From NCBI GenBank assembly GCA_030265395.1, contig JARFYF010000012.1, forward strand, positions 24,971,174 to 25,035,173: a stretch of 64,000 bases of DNA. The letters are read 5' to 3'. Positions 11,455 through 25,043 of the stretch are shown here, in pieces (the stretch's first letter is position 1; the number at the start of each line of letters is the position of its first letter). This DNA is from Rhina ancylostomus. Its lineage: Eukaryota. The notes beneath the pieces are model-generated. The model was not told the origin of the DNA. It made no database searches and saw only the letters and a program-made list of their open reading frames with translations. The position numbers and the translations under genes were made by a program.

Positions 11455-13964
11455 GCCTCAAATGGGCTCCAAAGGATTTAGTAGAAGCATATATAATAGC
11501 AATATTTAAGAGGCATTTAGACAGACACATGGGCAGGCAGGGAATAGAGGGATATAGACAATGTGCAGGCAGATGGGATTAGTTTAATTTGCCATCATGG
11601 TCAGTGCAGACATGATGGGCCAAAGGGGCTATTCCTGTGCTGTACTGTGCTATGTTTCCATGTTTCAGTCAGATCTCTGTCAGCCTTTTCTGCTAAAATT
11701 CAACCAGTTGCCATTTCATTTCAAGGAACTCCTCCTGAGAATCATTCCCTTTGCCATACCTAAATCTGTGCTATTGGCCTCTGTGAAATCTAAAATCTCA
11801 CCCATGTGTTCACATCTGTATTTATCAAACATGACTCTGAGCCCCTAAAATCTATTATGTTTTGGTCAGTTCTTGATCTCCATCCACCTTCTGCTTTCTT
11901 GATACTCATCAAGAAAATTAGTTCTGCAAAGTGTTGTTTGAAAAATCATTAAATCCATATGTCCATTCCAGTATCACTTTCTAGTCATGATTTTTGCTTT
12001 GTTTTGAAATCATGTCAAAATGCTGATGCTCTGGGAAAAAAAAACTTTTTAAATTTTGAAGCAGTCAAATTTAGATGTGTTTGTCACTAGCATGTTGAAA
12101 GTTTGCTGCTTTGTTTCAATTTTGTACTTGTATAGTATACCCCCAGAAACCCACGAAGGTTGCATTCCCAGTAAAATGTCCGTATTGCGATTTTCTGCAA
12201 CCTGAATCTTTGACAATAATTGACAAAATTTGTTGTCTCTTTCACATTTCATGTTTATTTAGTTTTTTTTTCTTGCATAAATTCTTTAAGAGCAAATTTT
12301 TATTCTGTATCTCAACTAGTTTGGTAGTGATTTGTAAATTCCGTAAGAGTGAATTTCCATTAGCCGAACTGCTGAAACATGGGGGTAAAATGTAGACTAT
12401 CTTTAGGTAAATGCATGACAACATTTGCCATCATATTTATTAAGTATCCATGGTTAGGAAAGTCCACAAAAAATAGATACAATAGGTGATAGTCATTCTG
12501 ATTACTTCTTGTTCTTTCTTTTGATGTCATTTGCGGTGTGGAGAATCATACTAGTTCCCCCACCAGATTAGTGGGTGCCATGTGTGCTAATACCTAATCA
12601 TTTTGGTCCACTGCATATGATGAACTAAGTTGTTGTTTCAATTATTGTCCAGATTTTCCAGGACTTCAAGTGGCCATTTTTTTTTTAGAAGAGCTGTTAA
12701 GGATTGATTAAAAATTACCAAGTTAAAAGATTTGGGGTTTTCTTTATGGAATTGGGAACAATCATCCTGGTAACATCTAAAGTTGGCCTTGTCGGATGTT
12801 ATAAGATCAATCCCAATCCCTCCCTGACAATCACCACCAATTTTAATATGACAGCTAGGTAGGAAGCATAATTGGATAATTAATATTTGACTCTAATTTG
12901 CAAAAGAAAATTCAAAACTGAGAGTTGTAGAGAGGAGGTGGTACCACAGAAAACATCCAAACAATCTCTATTATTTTCAATATCAATTCTAAGAGTAGAC
13001 CAGGAACATTTTGAATGGCACACAAATGCCTTTACATATGGCATCAAAATCCTTGAAGTGTTTATTTTGAATTTACACTATCATTCTTCTTGAATTGAAC
13101 ACCTTTTACAAAATTTGAATGTGCAAACAATCACAGAATAGCTGACTCTGATACTCTGTCTGCATAGTAAATATACACAGGCAGCTGACTATGACAGCTG
13201 AGTCAATGGAAGGAACTAGCCATTGACATATTTGGCCTCAAGTCCAGGGAGAGAGAATGAGAGGTACCAGTTCTCTGTCTTGGCTTTTTACCCTTGCTCA
13301 TTCTTTAGCTCAGTAATGCAGGGTCGCATGTTGCCAGACAGTAGTACAGCAGATAATATTCTTATATTTTACCTCTGTTCCAAGACAAGCCTTTTTCATC
13401 TTTTATGAAACAAAAGCAGAATATTTCACAGTGATTAACATTCTGTATTTTGCTTGCCACAAGCACCATCACAAATCCATGCACTGCAAGCATTTAGGAA
13501 AGAACGTGAGGTGAGTCAAGCAATAAGAAATGCTGGTGGGAAACACCATGTAGGGACCCATCGTTCAAGCTGAGGCAGTCTTTAACTGCATGGAGTGCCT
13601 CATGACATCCCTGGGATAACATTTACAACTTATAAGAGTTGTCAGTGAGTTTACATAAGCAAACCTCTGCAGCAATTAGCATTTGTTTCTTGCAGCTTGG
13701 AATTAATGGTTACATGTGAATCTGAAGACTCATTGAACATCAGACAGGGACTAGGCCCAGAACAGTTTCAATCATGAACATTATAACAGAGGTAAATAAG
13801 ACCTTGAGTATCTGCTTATAACCTCCTGCTGCTCGATTATAAGAACAATAATGGTGTTCTTCACAAATTGTGACCTTATTGTTGGGTAGATATGAGGACA
13901 TCTAGCAATGGGGGCCATTGGGAACAAGACAGTGAAATGAACCAAAGAGATGTTCCAAGTTTTG

Positions 13965-14175
13965 TTCTCTCTTTCCCTCTCTCTGTCTCTCCCCACTCNN
14001 NNNNNNNNNNNNNNNNNNNNNNNNNNNNNNNNNNNNNNNNNNNNNNNNNNNNNNNNNNNNNNNNNNNNNNNNNNNNNNNNNNNNNNNNNNNNNNNNNNNN
14101 NNNNNNNNNNNNNNNNNNNNNNNNNNNCCCCCCCCTCCCTCTCCCTCTGTATTTCATCTCTCAGCCCCTCTTCCC
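13965..14175. repeat. CT-rich low-complexity tract containing an N gap
   Basis: ctctctttccctctctctgtctctcccc and cccccctccctctccctct flank the gap. Confidence 0.7.
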
Positions 14176-14744
14176 TGATATCAAGCACAATTTAGGCATA
14201 AGAGTAAGGCAGTTACCAGGAGAAGCACATATTATTGGGTCAGAGAGATACAGTGGCAAGTAATGAAGCAATAATCCTGGAGAATTTTTGTTAAGCATTA
14301 TAATAAAAATAAGAGATATAAATGCATCGGTGCTTTCTGATTTACATGGGATTTTGAAGACTAACTTCTCTTCTTCATCTTTATTTTTCCTATTTTGTTG
14401 AAGCATTAGGATTCTAAGGCTTTCTGCTCTCACATATCCAGCAGTATCTGTTCATTGATGCTGTAAACCTAGTGATAAAGACTAGTTGCCTGTTGTTTAG
14501 TTGTATATTGGTTCATCAGGGTCGACTGAATCATTCTTGCCATTGGGAGTACTGTACAAGACCATCACTAAGCCAACTGGATAAGGCAAATCCACCTCAT
14601 GGAAATAAATTAAGTATGTTTGCTATGTTGTTTGAGCCTTGTGAAGGAAATGCATTGAGTTGGGCTCTACAGAGTTGCAAACATTAAAAATAAATAGCTA
14701 TGTTTCTGAGGCTTAGTATGTCTAAAATTTTAGAAAATGTACTA

Positions 14745-15615
14745 CAGAACATAGAACATAGAACAGTGCAGCACAGGAACAGGCCCTTCAGCCCAAAAAG
14801 TTGTGCTGAAATAATTAAACTAGTAATTAAATGCCTAACTAAACTAGTCCCTTCTACCTACACAAGGTCCATATCCCTCCATTCCCTGCATATTCAAGTG
14901 CCTATTGAGGGGCGTCTTAAATACCTCTATCATACTTGCCACCACTACCACCCCTGGCAGTGCATTCCAGGCACCTACCACTCTCTGTGTAAAAAAAAAC
15001 TTGCCTGTTCCTCTTTGAACTTACCCCTTGAAACAACTCAAGTTGACCCAACGCCTCCACATTGCACATGCCCTCTAATCCAGGCAGCATCCTGATAAAC
15101 CTCTTCTGCACCCCCTCCAAAGCCTCCACATCCCTCCTATAATGGGGTGACCAGAACTGAATGCAATACTCCAAATGTGGCCTTTTCTAAAGAGTTTTAT
15201 AAAGCTGCAACATGATGTTCTGACTCTTGAACTCAATGCCTCAACTAATAAAGGCAAGCATGCCATATGCCTTCTTTCCCACCCTGTCAACTTGTGCAAC
15301 CACTTTCAGGGAATTATGGACTTGGACCCCAAGATCCCTCTGTACATTAATGCTGTTAAGGGTCCTGCCATTAAGAATCATAAAATGATAGAATCATAGG
15401 AAGTACAGCACAATAGTGTACTGTCCCTTTACATTTGATCTCCCAAAGTGCAACACTTCACAGCTGGCTGAATTAAACTCCATCTGCCATTTTACTGCCC
15501 ATGTCTACAACTGATCCATACCCTGCTGTACCCTTTGGCAATCTTCTACACCATCCATGGTGCCATCAATCTTTGTATCATCTGCTAACTTACTAACCCA
15601 CCCGTCCATGAATCT
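14745..15615 (-). mobile_element. CR1 LINE 3' portion
   Basis: ORFs EYCIQFWSPHYRRDVEALEGVQKRFIRMLPGLEG and GWVSKLADDTKIDG; tail repeat agaacatagaacatagaac. Confidence 0.92.
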
Positions 15616-15854
15616 ATTCAGACTTTTGAAAAAGATTTTACAGGTGTTTACGAAGAAGTGAAGGGTAAGGGTTAAAGGGATCTGTAAACAGATGGCAGAT
15701 TGGTGCCACATCAGTCCTCTCTTTTAAGCAATGAGGATATAGCATGGTTGCAAAACAAAACTTACTGTATTTGGTAAACTAATATTCAGAGGAGCACGGT
15801 ATTCCACTTGTGGAAGGACGTAGTGGCCAAAATGAATACTCTACAGTTTAAGAC

Positions 15855-16380
15855 CATAAGGCATAGAAAAAGGAACAGGACATTTGACCTCTCACACCTG
15901 CTCTACCATCCAATGTCACAGCTGATCTGTTACTTCTGCATCAGTTTCGTGCATTTACTTGATTCCCTTAAAATCCAAAAATCTATTGATCTCTGTCTTG
16001 AATAATCTAATGACTGAAAACCCAGCACCCTTGGGTAGAGAAATCCAAAGATTCACTCAGGTAATTTTTCATCTCATTTCTGAATAGCTAACTCATTATT
16101 TTAATACTGTGACTCCTAGTTCTAGGCACCGCAGATGGGGAAAATATCATCAAACCCCATAATAATTTTGCATGTTTTAATGAAATCACCTTTCATTCTT
16201 CCAACTTCTACAGTATTTAGGCTTATTCTGCTTAATCTCTCCTCATATAACAACCCTTCCATGATCCCAGGGATAAATCTGGGGGCCTTCATTCTGCAAT
16301 GCACTCCCACAGTTGTTTCCTTAGGTAGGGTGAGAAGACCTGTACACAATATTCCAGGTGTGGTCTGAGCATTGCAGTAA
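15855..16380 (-). mobile_element. Older CR1 3' fragment
   Basis: ORF 16122..16559 includes RFIPGIMEGLLYEERLSRISL..RMKGDFIKTCKII. Confidence 0.8.
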
Positions 16381-18529
16381 ATATTGAAAGGCCCTGGGAA
16401 AAGCGCACATGTTAAGGAAACTGGTGAAGGGAGGTGAACCAAGAACATCTTGAATAATGTGGATGACACGTGCAAGTAAGCATTGGAGCGGTGTCTATTC
16501 TGCATTTGGTACTTGGCCAGCTGTATACAATGGTAATATACAATGGTATATGGCCCCATTCAAACCCACAGCACTTTTATTGCATTTCGTATCTCAACAA
16601 AGCTACTATCAAGATACAGTACAATAAGAAGGCCAAATCACATTTGTGTCTTAAAATAGTTCAGTCACTACATAGTGATTATTGCTGATATTTTCACTTT
16701 GACGTATGCACCAATCCAATGAANNNNNNNNNNNNNNNNNNNNNNNNNNNNNNNNNNNNNNNNNNNNNNNNNNNNNNNNNNNNNNTGAGCATCAGTCAGC
16801 TTTTTCAACTGTATGTAAGTAGCACACTATGTCTGCAGTATGTTCTAGAACCTGCTGACCTACCTGGCAAGACTTGTATCAAGTTTCAATTATTCTCGAC
16901 TAAGCCATAAAGTGATTAAGATCTCATTGAAAAATAAACTTATATTTGAATATAAAAAAGTCACCAATTTTCTCTTTAAAAAAAGATAAAATATCAGGAA
17001 ATATCAATGAAAATTAAAACATAAAAGTACTGCAGTTGCAGTTAAAATGAATAAACACAATTTCTCCATTTAATGTGAAGAAATACAATTAAATTAATAA
17101 TACATGATTATGATCAACATTCATAATAAGTCTAATAAAGGAAAGGACAAGTTTTAAAAGCTCAAGCATGTTTTCTAAGGAACATAATGCTGGGAAATAC
17201 AGGCAAGAATTGGGATCCTTAGCTGGCATAACATAGGTCAGTGGTTCAGAACTGATGGCTATAAACAAAGAAGCTCAACCAATAAGTATATGTAAAGAAA
17301 TATATAAACAAGTAATAGCCACAACCCAATAATGTTCATTAGGAATGTCAATTCCCAGAATCACTTATTCCTCTTGCAATGGACAACATTGGATTTCACT
17401 AGCTGCAGCCCTCAGTGTTCATCTGCCTTTTGTGAAGGTCGCTACCTGGTTCTGTAGTGCTCAGTGTACCTGTGCAGGATTTTCTCTGGAGTTCCATATG
17501 CCCATGGTCCCAATTATTGAAAATGTATCTTTTGTGGGCTTCATTAGTTTCTCCAACAAAGAACTGGTGAGAAGTTTGTCTTTTTCTGATAATAAACTAC
17601 AGACCAACTAATGTTCTCACAGCCTTCCTGCCAATACTGATAACTAACATAGTTGTTCTGACAGCTTTCACTGCTTAATGAGACATAATGCAATCTTATA
17701 GTTGTCCACAATTTCCAACACAAACATATTTTTAGCAGCTTTACAACTGCTGCTAGCTTTCTCGTCATTTATAGTTTTGCTGAAAAACATATCCNNNNNN
17801 NNNNNNNNNNNNNNNCTGATTTATTTTTGGTTTAATTCACTTGAAAACAGTGGAATCAGCAAATATTAAAAGGTGCATCTTAAAAGCTAACGGGGAAGAA
17901 ATTGGCTTGCCACCATGTTGGACATGGGGATCACAGTATGCAATTAACCCGATCTCATTAACATGGTTGCAAGTGCCCTGATAAATGTATATTGCCCATT
18001 CTTTTAAATATTTGCTGATGTGTGCAGTCAGCATTCCCTGAGCTACATGTGTCAGCAAGGACCCAATATTATGAGTGGCTATTGTTTTTAAAGGCAAACT
18101 GCACTTCCTAAAGAGGTGAAAGACTTCCCATGGTCACTTGGGGCTATGAGCAAATACGGAACATGCAGGAGAGTGAGCACCCAGGTTTTTGATTGGTGCA
18201 CTGGAATCATTGGTGGAAAAGGTAGAAAGAAAGGAGACACTTGTAACTGCAGGAGGTAGTGGGAGTGAGTACTGGCCGAGGTTTTTGTAAGGAATATCCA
18301 TCTAATAATGTGAACACAAAGCAATCTGAGAAGAATTCTCAAGGCAAGTGAATATATGTTTAAATGACATATTCTACCAATAGCACCATTAGCTTTATAC
18401 ACTGCTCAGTTCTCTACAACACCCAATGTTCATAATTTTTTTCTGAAATTCATGCCACACTGTTTTAAAGGTTTGCATTCAAGGCACATAGTTCATGCTC
18501 ATTGGCAGCAATTGAACTCGTGCAAATGA

Positions 18530-20190
18530 AATTAGGAACAAGAATTGGCCATCCAGCTTCTCTAACATGTTCAGTCATTTAATGAGATCACGCATGATGT
18601 GTGACCTTCAGTTGTGTCTTTGCCTCAATTCTACTAATTTCAGTGTTAAAATTAACAACTGACCTAGCAATACATGTCACGTGAGAAGTCTTCCAAACCT
18701 TCTTTGCTGTAAGGTCTGGTTCTAATATTTAGACTCAGTCACCTTTCTAGACCCCTAGTCAACTAGTGAAAATGACTTGGAACGTAGAACAGTTCAGTAC
18801 AGTACTGGCCCTTCAGCCCATGTTGTTGTGCCGACGTATATAAACACCTAATCCATGATCAATCTAACCCTTCCCTCCTATGCAGCCCATAACCCTCCAT
18901 TTTTCTTACATACATTTGCCTACCTAAAAGACGTTTAAATGTTCCTATTGTATCAGCCTCTACCGCCACTCCTGGCAGTGCGTTCCAGGCACCCACCACT
19001 CTCTGTGTATGCAAAAAAAATTACCTCTGGCATCTCCCCCAAACTTTCCTCCTCTAACCTTAAACTGATGTCCTCTGGTGCTGGCCATTGCTGTCCTGGG
19101 GAAAATGTGCTGATTGTCCACTCTATCTATGCCCTTCATAATCTTGTATATCGCTATCAAGTCACCTCTTATCCTGCATTGCTCCATACAGAAAAGCCCT
19201 AGCTCACTCATAAGGCATGTGCTCTAATCCAGGCAGCATCCTGGTAAATCTCCTCTGCACCCTCTAAAGCTTCTACATCCTTCCTATAATGAGGTGACCA
19301 AAACTGAACAGAGTTTTTTAGAGCTATAACATTACCTTGCGGCTCTTGAATTCAATCCCTCGATTAATGAAGGTCAGCACACCATACGCTTTCTTAACCA
19401 CCCTATCATCTTGCGTGACAACTTTGAGGGATCTATGGACTTGAACCCCAAGATCCCTCTGTTTCTCCACATTGCCAAGAATCCTGCCATTAACCTTGTA
19501 CTCCACCTTCAAGTTCGTTCTTCCAAAAAGTGTCACACTTTTCTGAATTGAACTCCATTTACCACTTCTCTGCCCAATTCTACATCCTGTCTATATCCTG
19601 TTATACCCTACGACAACAACACTATCCCCAGCACCTCCAACCTTCGTGTCATCTGCAAACTTACTAACCAAGCCCTCCACTATCTCATCCAAATCATTTA
19701 TAAAAATCATGAAGAGCAGGGGTCCCTGAACAGATCCCTGCGGAACACCACTAGTCACTGACCTCCAGACAGAATAGCCTCCATCTACTAGTACCCTCTG
19801 CCTTCTGTGGGCAAGCCAATTCCAAATTCACGAGCCAAGTCTCCATGGATCTCTCCATATGGTAGATTTCTCCCTATCCACCCTAAGGGACAGTTTTCAC
19901 TGCTTAATGAGACATAATATAATCTTATAGTTGTCCACAATTTCCAACACAAACATATTTTCATCCCCTTAATATTTTCAAAGCGTCATTCAAATCACAC
20001 CTTAACCATCAGGTTCTAGGGAGTGCAACACTTGATCCTGTAATCCCTTTTCATAATTTAATTCTCGGAAGTCCAATTATCACTCCAAGGCCAAAATATC
20101 TTTCCTAAGGTGTGGTGCCCAGATATCTGCTCACAGTACAGCAGGTGTAATGTAACCAGACCTTCATGCAACTGCAGGAACCTCTTGCCT
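18530..20190 (-). mobile_element. Old CR1 3' fragment (about 18530-18775 and 19860-20190) interrupted by a younger CR1
   Basis: Tail gaaattaggaacaagaattggccat; resumes at gatttctccctatccaccct..aaatcacaccttaacc..cctaaggtgtggtgcccaga. Confidence 0.7.
18778..19850 (-). mobile_element. Younger CR1 LINE 3' portion
   Basis: ORFs 18960..19211 (RIRGDLIAIYKIMKG..STRGH) and 19324..19536 (QRDLGVQVHRSLKV); tail gaacgtagaacagttcagtacag. Confidence 0.92.
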
Positions 20191-21044
20191 TTTTACACAT
20201 GGGTACACGTCAATGAGAGCAATGAATGAGGGCCTACTTTTGTGGTAGTCCTATTGTGGACTAAAAATATGGTCACTCTTTTTTGAGTTGCTTTCAGCGG
20301 GGAATATGGTGAAATCCCTGGCAAACTAGGCAGTAGCTATCTGCTGAATACAAATATCAGTCTGAAGTTGAGAGATGTGACCTAGATCTCCTGCACTTCC
20401 TGGAAGGAGTTTGCCACATAAAAAGCCTAAGCTGAGTAACTTTGACAGATGTAGACAGAACTCCCATGTGGTGTAAGTGGTCTCTGAGGTCTGACTGCAT
20501 GAAAATGCAGAGCTCAGTGATGACGTNNNNNNNNNNNNNNNNNNNNNNNNNNNNNNNNNNNNNNNTAAAATGCTTCAACCAACATACAGTGTAAGGACAT
20601 TCTGCACAGATTGACAAAGGTGGAATCCTACCTTTCTTTCATGACCCCCCAACCTCCTTCCTCCTCCAAAATATGCAGCATATCTTTAAGCATATGCAGA
20701 TCTCAAAGGTATTGAATCATCTAACAATCATAACTATAGTAACAATCACTGATGAAGGATTCAGTATCACTTTAGATAACTACCAAGATGTCCATAAATA
20801 ATTTTAGGAACAAACAGAGCAGGAAAAAAATTGCACAGATGTGCAGAAAGATTCACATTGCTCTTTTTAACAGCTCAAACCTTTCCATTGACACATGACT
20901 TGAACAAATCGTCAGCCTGTTGACCCATTGCCAGCAGCTGTTGATCAGGAAGCCACCACTAATATTGCCAAGAAGAGAAACCATAACTTCTTCTGTCTTC
21001 ATTCCTCTTCACTAATTTGTTTGTTCTTCTTCTGACAAGGATCT

Positions 21045-23060
21045 AGCCAGGAGTGTGATGGAATACTTTCCACTTACCTGGATGTGTGCAGCTGCAACAA
21101 CAACTCATGAAACCTAGCAGCAACTATGACTCTGCAATTTGATAGACTGGCCAGTTGCCTGCCACTGTAAACATCCTGTCCTTCCACCTGTGGCTACAGT
21201 GTGTGCCATCTACTACAACAACTCATCAAAGATTCTTCAACCCCAGCTGTCAAAGAGAGCTGAAAACATGAAAACATAAAAGCAAGAGCATGGGAATTCC
21301 ATTAGGTCTGAGGTTTCCACTATTCCAACTTAAACATATCTATGAATTAGGAACAAAAGTAGACAATTCGGCCTCCTAAACCAACTCCGCTATTAAATAA
21401 GATCATGGCTGATAAGACTGCAGGTTCAACTCCATATTCCAGACTATCCTTAATAGCCATTTATCTTTTTGTTTACCAAGAATCTACCTATTCCTTTAAA
21501 ATATTCACAAACTCTACTTCTACAGTCATAACCCTTTGAGAGAAAACTTCCACCTTATCTTTGTCTTAAATGGGAAACCTTTCAATTTTAACAATGATCC
21601 CAAGTTGTAGATTCTCTCATCCTAGTTGTAAACATCCGCTCCATATCCACACTTTCAAGACTCTTCAGGATCTATTATGATTCAGTCTGGTGTCCTTGCA
21701 CACTTCTAAATCCCAGCAAATGCAAACCCATCTGACCAATCTTTCCTCATAAGACAATCTGCCTAGTCTAGTAAACTTTCTCTGAATTAACATCCTTCCT
21801 TAAATAAGGAGACCAGTACTGTAGATAGTAGTCAGGATGGGGGTCTCAGCAATCCGCGATATGATTGAAGTATAACCTTCCTACTTTTGCACACAATTCC
21901 CGTAGCAATGAATAATATCATTTGAGCTTTCCTATTACTTGCTGTATCTGCATATTAACCTTAGTCAAATCATGCATTAGGACACTCAGATCAGCCTGCA
22001 ATTCAGAGCTCTGCAATCGCTCACCATTTAGATAAAATGTTTTATATTTTTCCTGTCAGAGTGGACAATTTCACATTTTCTCACATCATATTCTATTTAC
22101 CAGATCTTTGCTCAGTTAGTTAATCAATCTACATCCCTATGTAGCCTTCTATGTCCTCTTTACAAATTACTTTCTTACAAATCTTTGTGTCATCAACAAA
22201 TTTAGCAGTCACACCTTGGTGCCTTCATCCAATTCATTTATAAAATTTGTGTAAGGATGAAGCACATCACCAATCCCCATCGCACACCACTTGTTACAGC
22301 TTGCCAACCAGAGAATGATCCATTTATGCCTTACTTTTGTTCCCTGTTAGTCAGCCAATCCTTTATGCATACCAATATGTTACCTTGTGAGCTCTTCTTT
22401 TCCATAACACCTTTGATGTGGCATCTTAACAAATGCCTTCAGGAAATCCAAGTCCCTTTATCCACTGCACATGTTATTTTTTTCAAAGAACTCCAATAAA
22501 TTTGTCAAACATGATTTCCCTTTCACAAAAACATGTTGACTTTGCCTGATTACCTTGAATTTTTCTCATGCCCTTCTATAATGTCTTTAACAATAGCTTC
22601 TATCAATTCCCCAAGGATAAATTTTAAGCTAACTGGCTTGCCATTTCCTGCTTTCTGTCTCCCTCCCTTTTTGAATAAAAGAATACATTTGTTATTTTGC
22701 CATTCCATGGAACTTCCCTGAATCTAGGGAATTTTAGAAGATTAAAACCAATGCAGCAACTATTTCACAAGTTACTTCTTTGCCTCCCCAGTTACTGACT
22801 TAGAGCTGTTTCTGTTGTGTCCTCTATAGTGAAGCAAAATACCTTTTAAGTTCATCTGCAATCTCCTTCTTTTCCACTATTAATTTCCCAGACTCCTGTA
22901 AGCAGAGACAATTCACTGAACAGCATTGTGCAAGCTCCCCCACATGGATTGCAGCACCTGGAAAAAGGTGGTCACTACTATTTGCTCAAGGGCAGTTGTG
23001 GATGAGCAATGAAGAATGCCTTATCAGCACTGACCACATTCAGGGAAAGGATTTATAAAA
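21045..23060 (+). mobile_element. Old CR1/L2-group LINE 3' end in two pieces (about 21045-21335 and 22895-23060)
   Basis: aggagtgtgatggaatactttccacttacctggatg reads RSVMEYFPLTWM; the second piece has the matching 3' end gctcaagggcagttgtggatgagcaa. Confidence 0.6.
21343..22895 (-). mobile_element. CR1 LINE, about 1.55 kb, RT region to tail
   Basis: Tail gaattaggaacaaaagtagacaattcggcc; tttgtgtcatcaacaaattt is the reverse of KF(V)DDTK; aagctaactggc is the reverse of PVSL. Confidence 0.88.
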
Positions 23061-23859
23061 TGACATCTCTGCATATGAGTAAGCCTTTCAAACTGTGTGC
23101 TAAGGAAAATATAGTTTACAAGTTGCTGTTTTCCATTTAGTGAAGGGTTAATTGAATGTTGCTTAAGTGTTTCAAACATAATGGCCACAATTTATTCTTC
23201 CTGTCTGGGATTGGATAATGTGAAATTTAATGATTATACAGTGGGGTGAGCCATGCATTGCCAGTTGCAATATCATTTTCAAAAACCATTAAAGGTGCTG
23301 AAAAGCCACTGCAACATTTGTGAAGTGCCAACTTAGCTCAGTGGTTCTACTTTCACCCTTGATTCAGGTTACCTGCTTAAACCCCATTACAGATGAGGAC
23401 ATGAGATACATTAATGTCCCAAAGGGAAGTACTGCTTTGCTTGAAATTATGCCTTGTGGATGATAAGATATGTGAGAATTTCAGGCCCTTGCACTGAGTG
23501 GAAATGGAGTGAAAGGGCTCTGTAACTGGTGCTGTATAGTACATTGTCCTCTTCCTGCTGATGCTACCATCAGCAATAGCATCAGCCTGAGTCATTTGGC
23601 CCAACCATGCACCTTCTGACCAGCTTCAACTGGTAGAGCAGCCAAAGTGGAGCCATGAAGTTACATTTTGATTTATTTTTGTACCACTCCAGACTGCATA
23701 AAAGACACGTGGCCTCTTCCAAGTCTAGCCTGGAGCTTGCAGCTGTAAAAACCCTAATGGGCATACTGTATGTAGTGAGGCTTGGCCCTCAAAATAGACT
23801 CGTTCTCTGAATGATTAGCCAACTGCAGCCAGAAAACAATGTAAACTAACCAGTGGAGG

Positions 23860-24085
23860 GAAAGCCTTTGCCATTAGACCAAAGCTCCATTATTAGAAGA
23901 GCGGTGAGTTATCTTGGAAAATTGGCTCATATTCCTTTCTGAACCAACAATTTCAAAAACAGATTCACTCATCATTTATCTGATTTGCTGATTGTGAGAC
24001 TTTGCATTGCACACTTTAGCTGCCGTACATGACTATATAACAGTGTTTACATTTCCAGAGCTGAGAAGCTTTGTAGAACATGCTA
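23860..24085 (+). mobile_element. Deu-domain SINE body and tail, decayed
   Basis: agaagagcggtgagttatc..aaccaacaatttcaaaaacagatt..tcatttatctgatttgctg resembles the other copies. Confidence 0.55.
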
Positions 24086-24811
24086 AGTATCTGAGAAATA
24101 TTGTAGAGTCATTCTTTCTACTTTAATTGAAATAATCTGTGTCAGTTCAATACTACAACTTCTATGGCAGTGAGACTTCAGGAATACAGTAGGGATGGTA
24201 GCCACAGAATAACGAGAAGGGAAGGGTAATATCATACCAACAACAAGGGCAATTGTCCTTCCCCCATTGGATTGAACAAGGGAAGAAATCATTGAGCCAT
24301 GTCAAACTCCATATTATGAATCTGTTGGCCCCAGGGAGTGATCAGGACAAAGGGAATAAGCCGTGAGAGAGGCACCACTNNNNNNNNNNNNNNNNNNNNN
24401 NNNNNNNNNNNNNNNNNNNNNNNNNNNNNNNNNNNNNNNNNNNNNNNNNNNNNNNNNNNNNNNNNNNNNNNNNNNNNNNNNNNNNNNNNNNNNNNNNNNN
24501 NNNNNNNNNNNNNNNNNNNNNNNNNNNNNNNNNNNNNNNNNNNNNNNNNNNNNNNNNNNNNNNNNNNNNNNNNNNNNNNNNNNNNNNNNNNNNNNNNNNN
24601 NNNNNNNNNNNNNNNNNNNNNNNNNNNNNNNNNNNNNNNNNNNNNNNNNNNNNNNNNNNNNNNNNNNNNNNNNNNNNNNNNNNNNNNNNNNNNNNNNNNN
24701 NNNNNNNNNNNNNNNNNNNNNNNNNNNNNNNNNNNNNNNNNNNNNNNNNNNNNNNNNNNNNNNNNNNNNNNNNNNNNNNNNNNNNNNNNNNNNNNNNNNN
24801 NNNNNNNNNNN

Positions 24812-25043
24812 CCTTATACAATGAGATGGACTCTTGACCTCACATTCTACCTTGTTATGACCCTGCACTTTATTATCTACCTGCACTGCATTTCCTCTGT
24901 AGCTGTGACACCTTACTCTGTATTCTGTTATTAGCCTGTACTACCCCAATGCACTGTGTAATGAAATGATCTGTATGAATAGTGTGCAAGACAAGTTTTT
25001 CACTGTACCTTGGTACAAGTGACAATAATAAACCAATACCAAT
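24812..25043 (+). mobile_element. 3' UTR of the Rex1/Babar-like element; body hidden in the adjacent gap
   Basis: Reverse-complement homologue of 10091-10325; ends gacaataataaaccaataccaata. Confidence 0.8.

Larger units (their letters stand above)
8150..11665 (+). mobile_element. CR1 LINE (RT region to 3' tail) split by two younger insertions; pieces about 8150-8640, 9300-10090, 11455-11665
   Basis: ORFs 8448..8648 (WIQNW..GVLQESVLGPLLF) and 9399..9977 (MKFNPVKCEVLHF..LLRPHLAYC) are CR1 ORF2; tail ctgtgctgtactgtgctatgtt near 11640. Confidence 0.92.

Noticed and set aside
24314-24934. Long ORFs of 150-200 aa here and at other gaps
   Set aside because: They are open only because N runs contain no stops.
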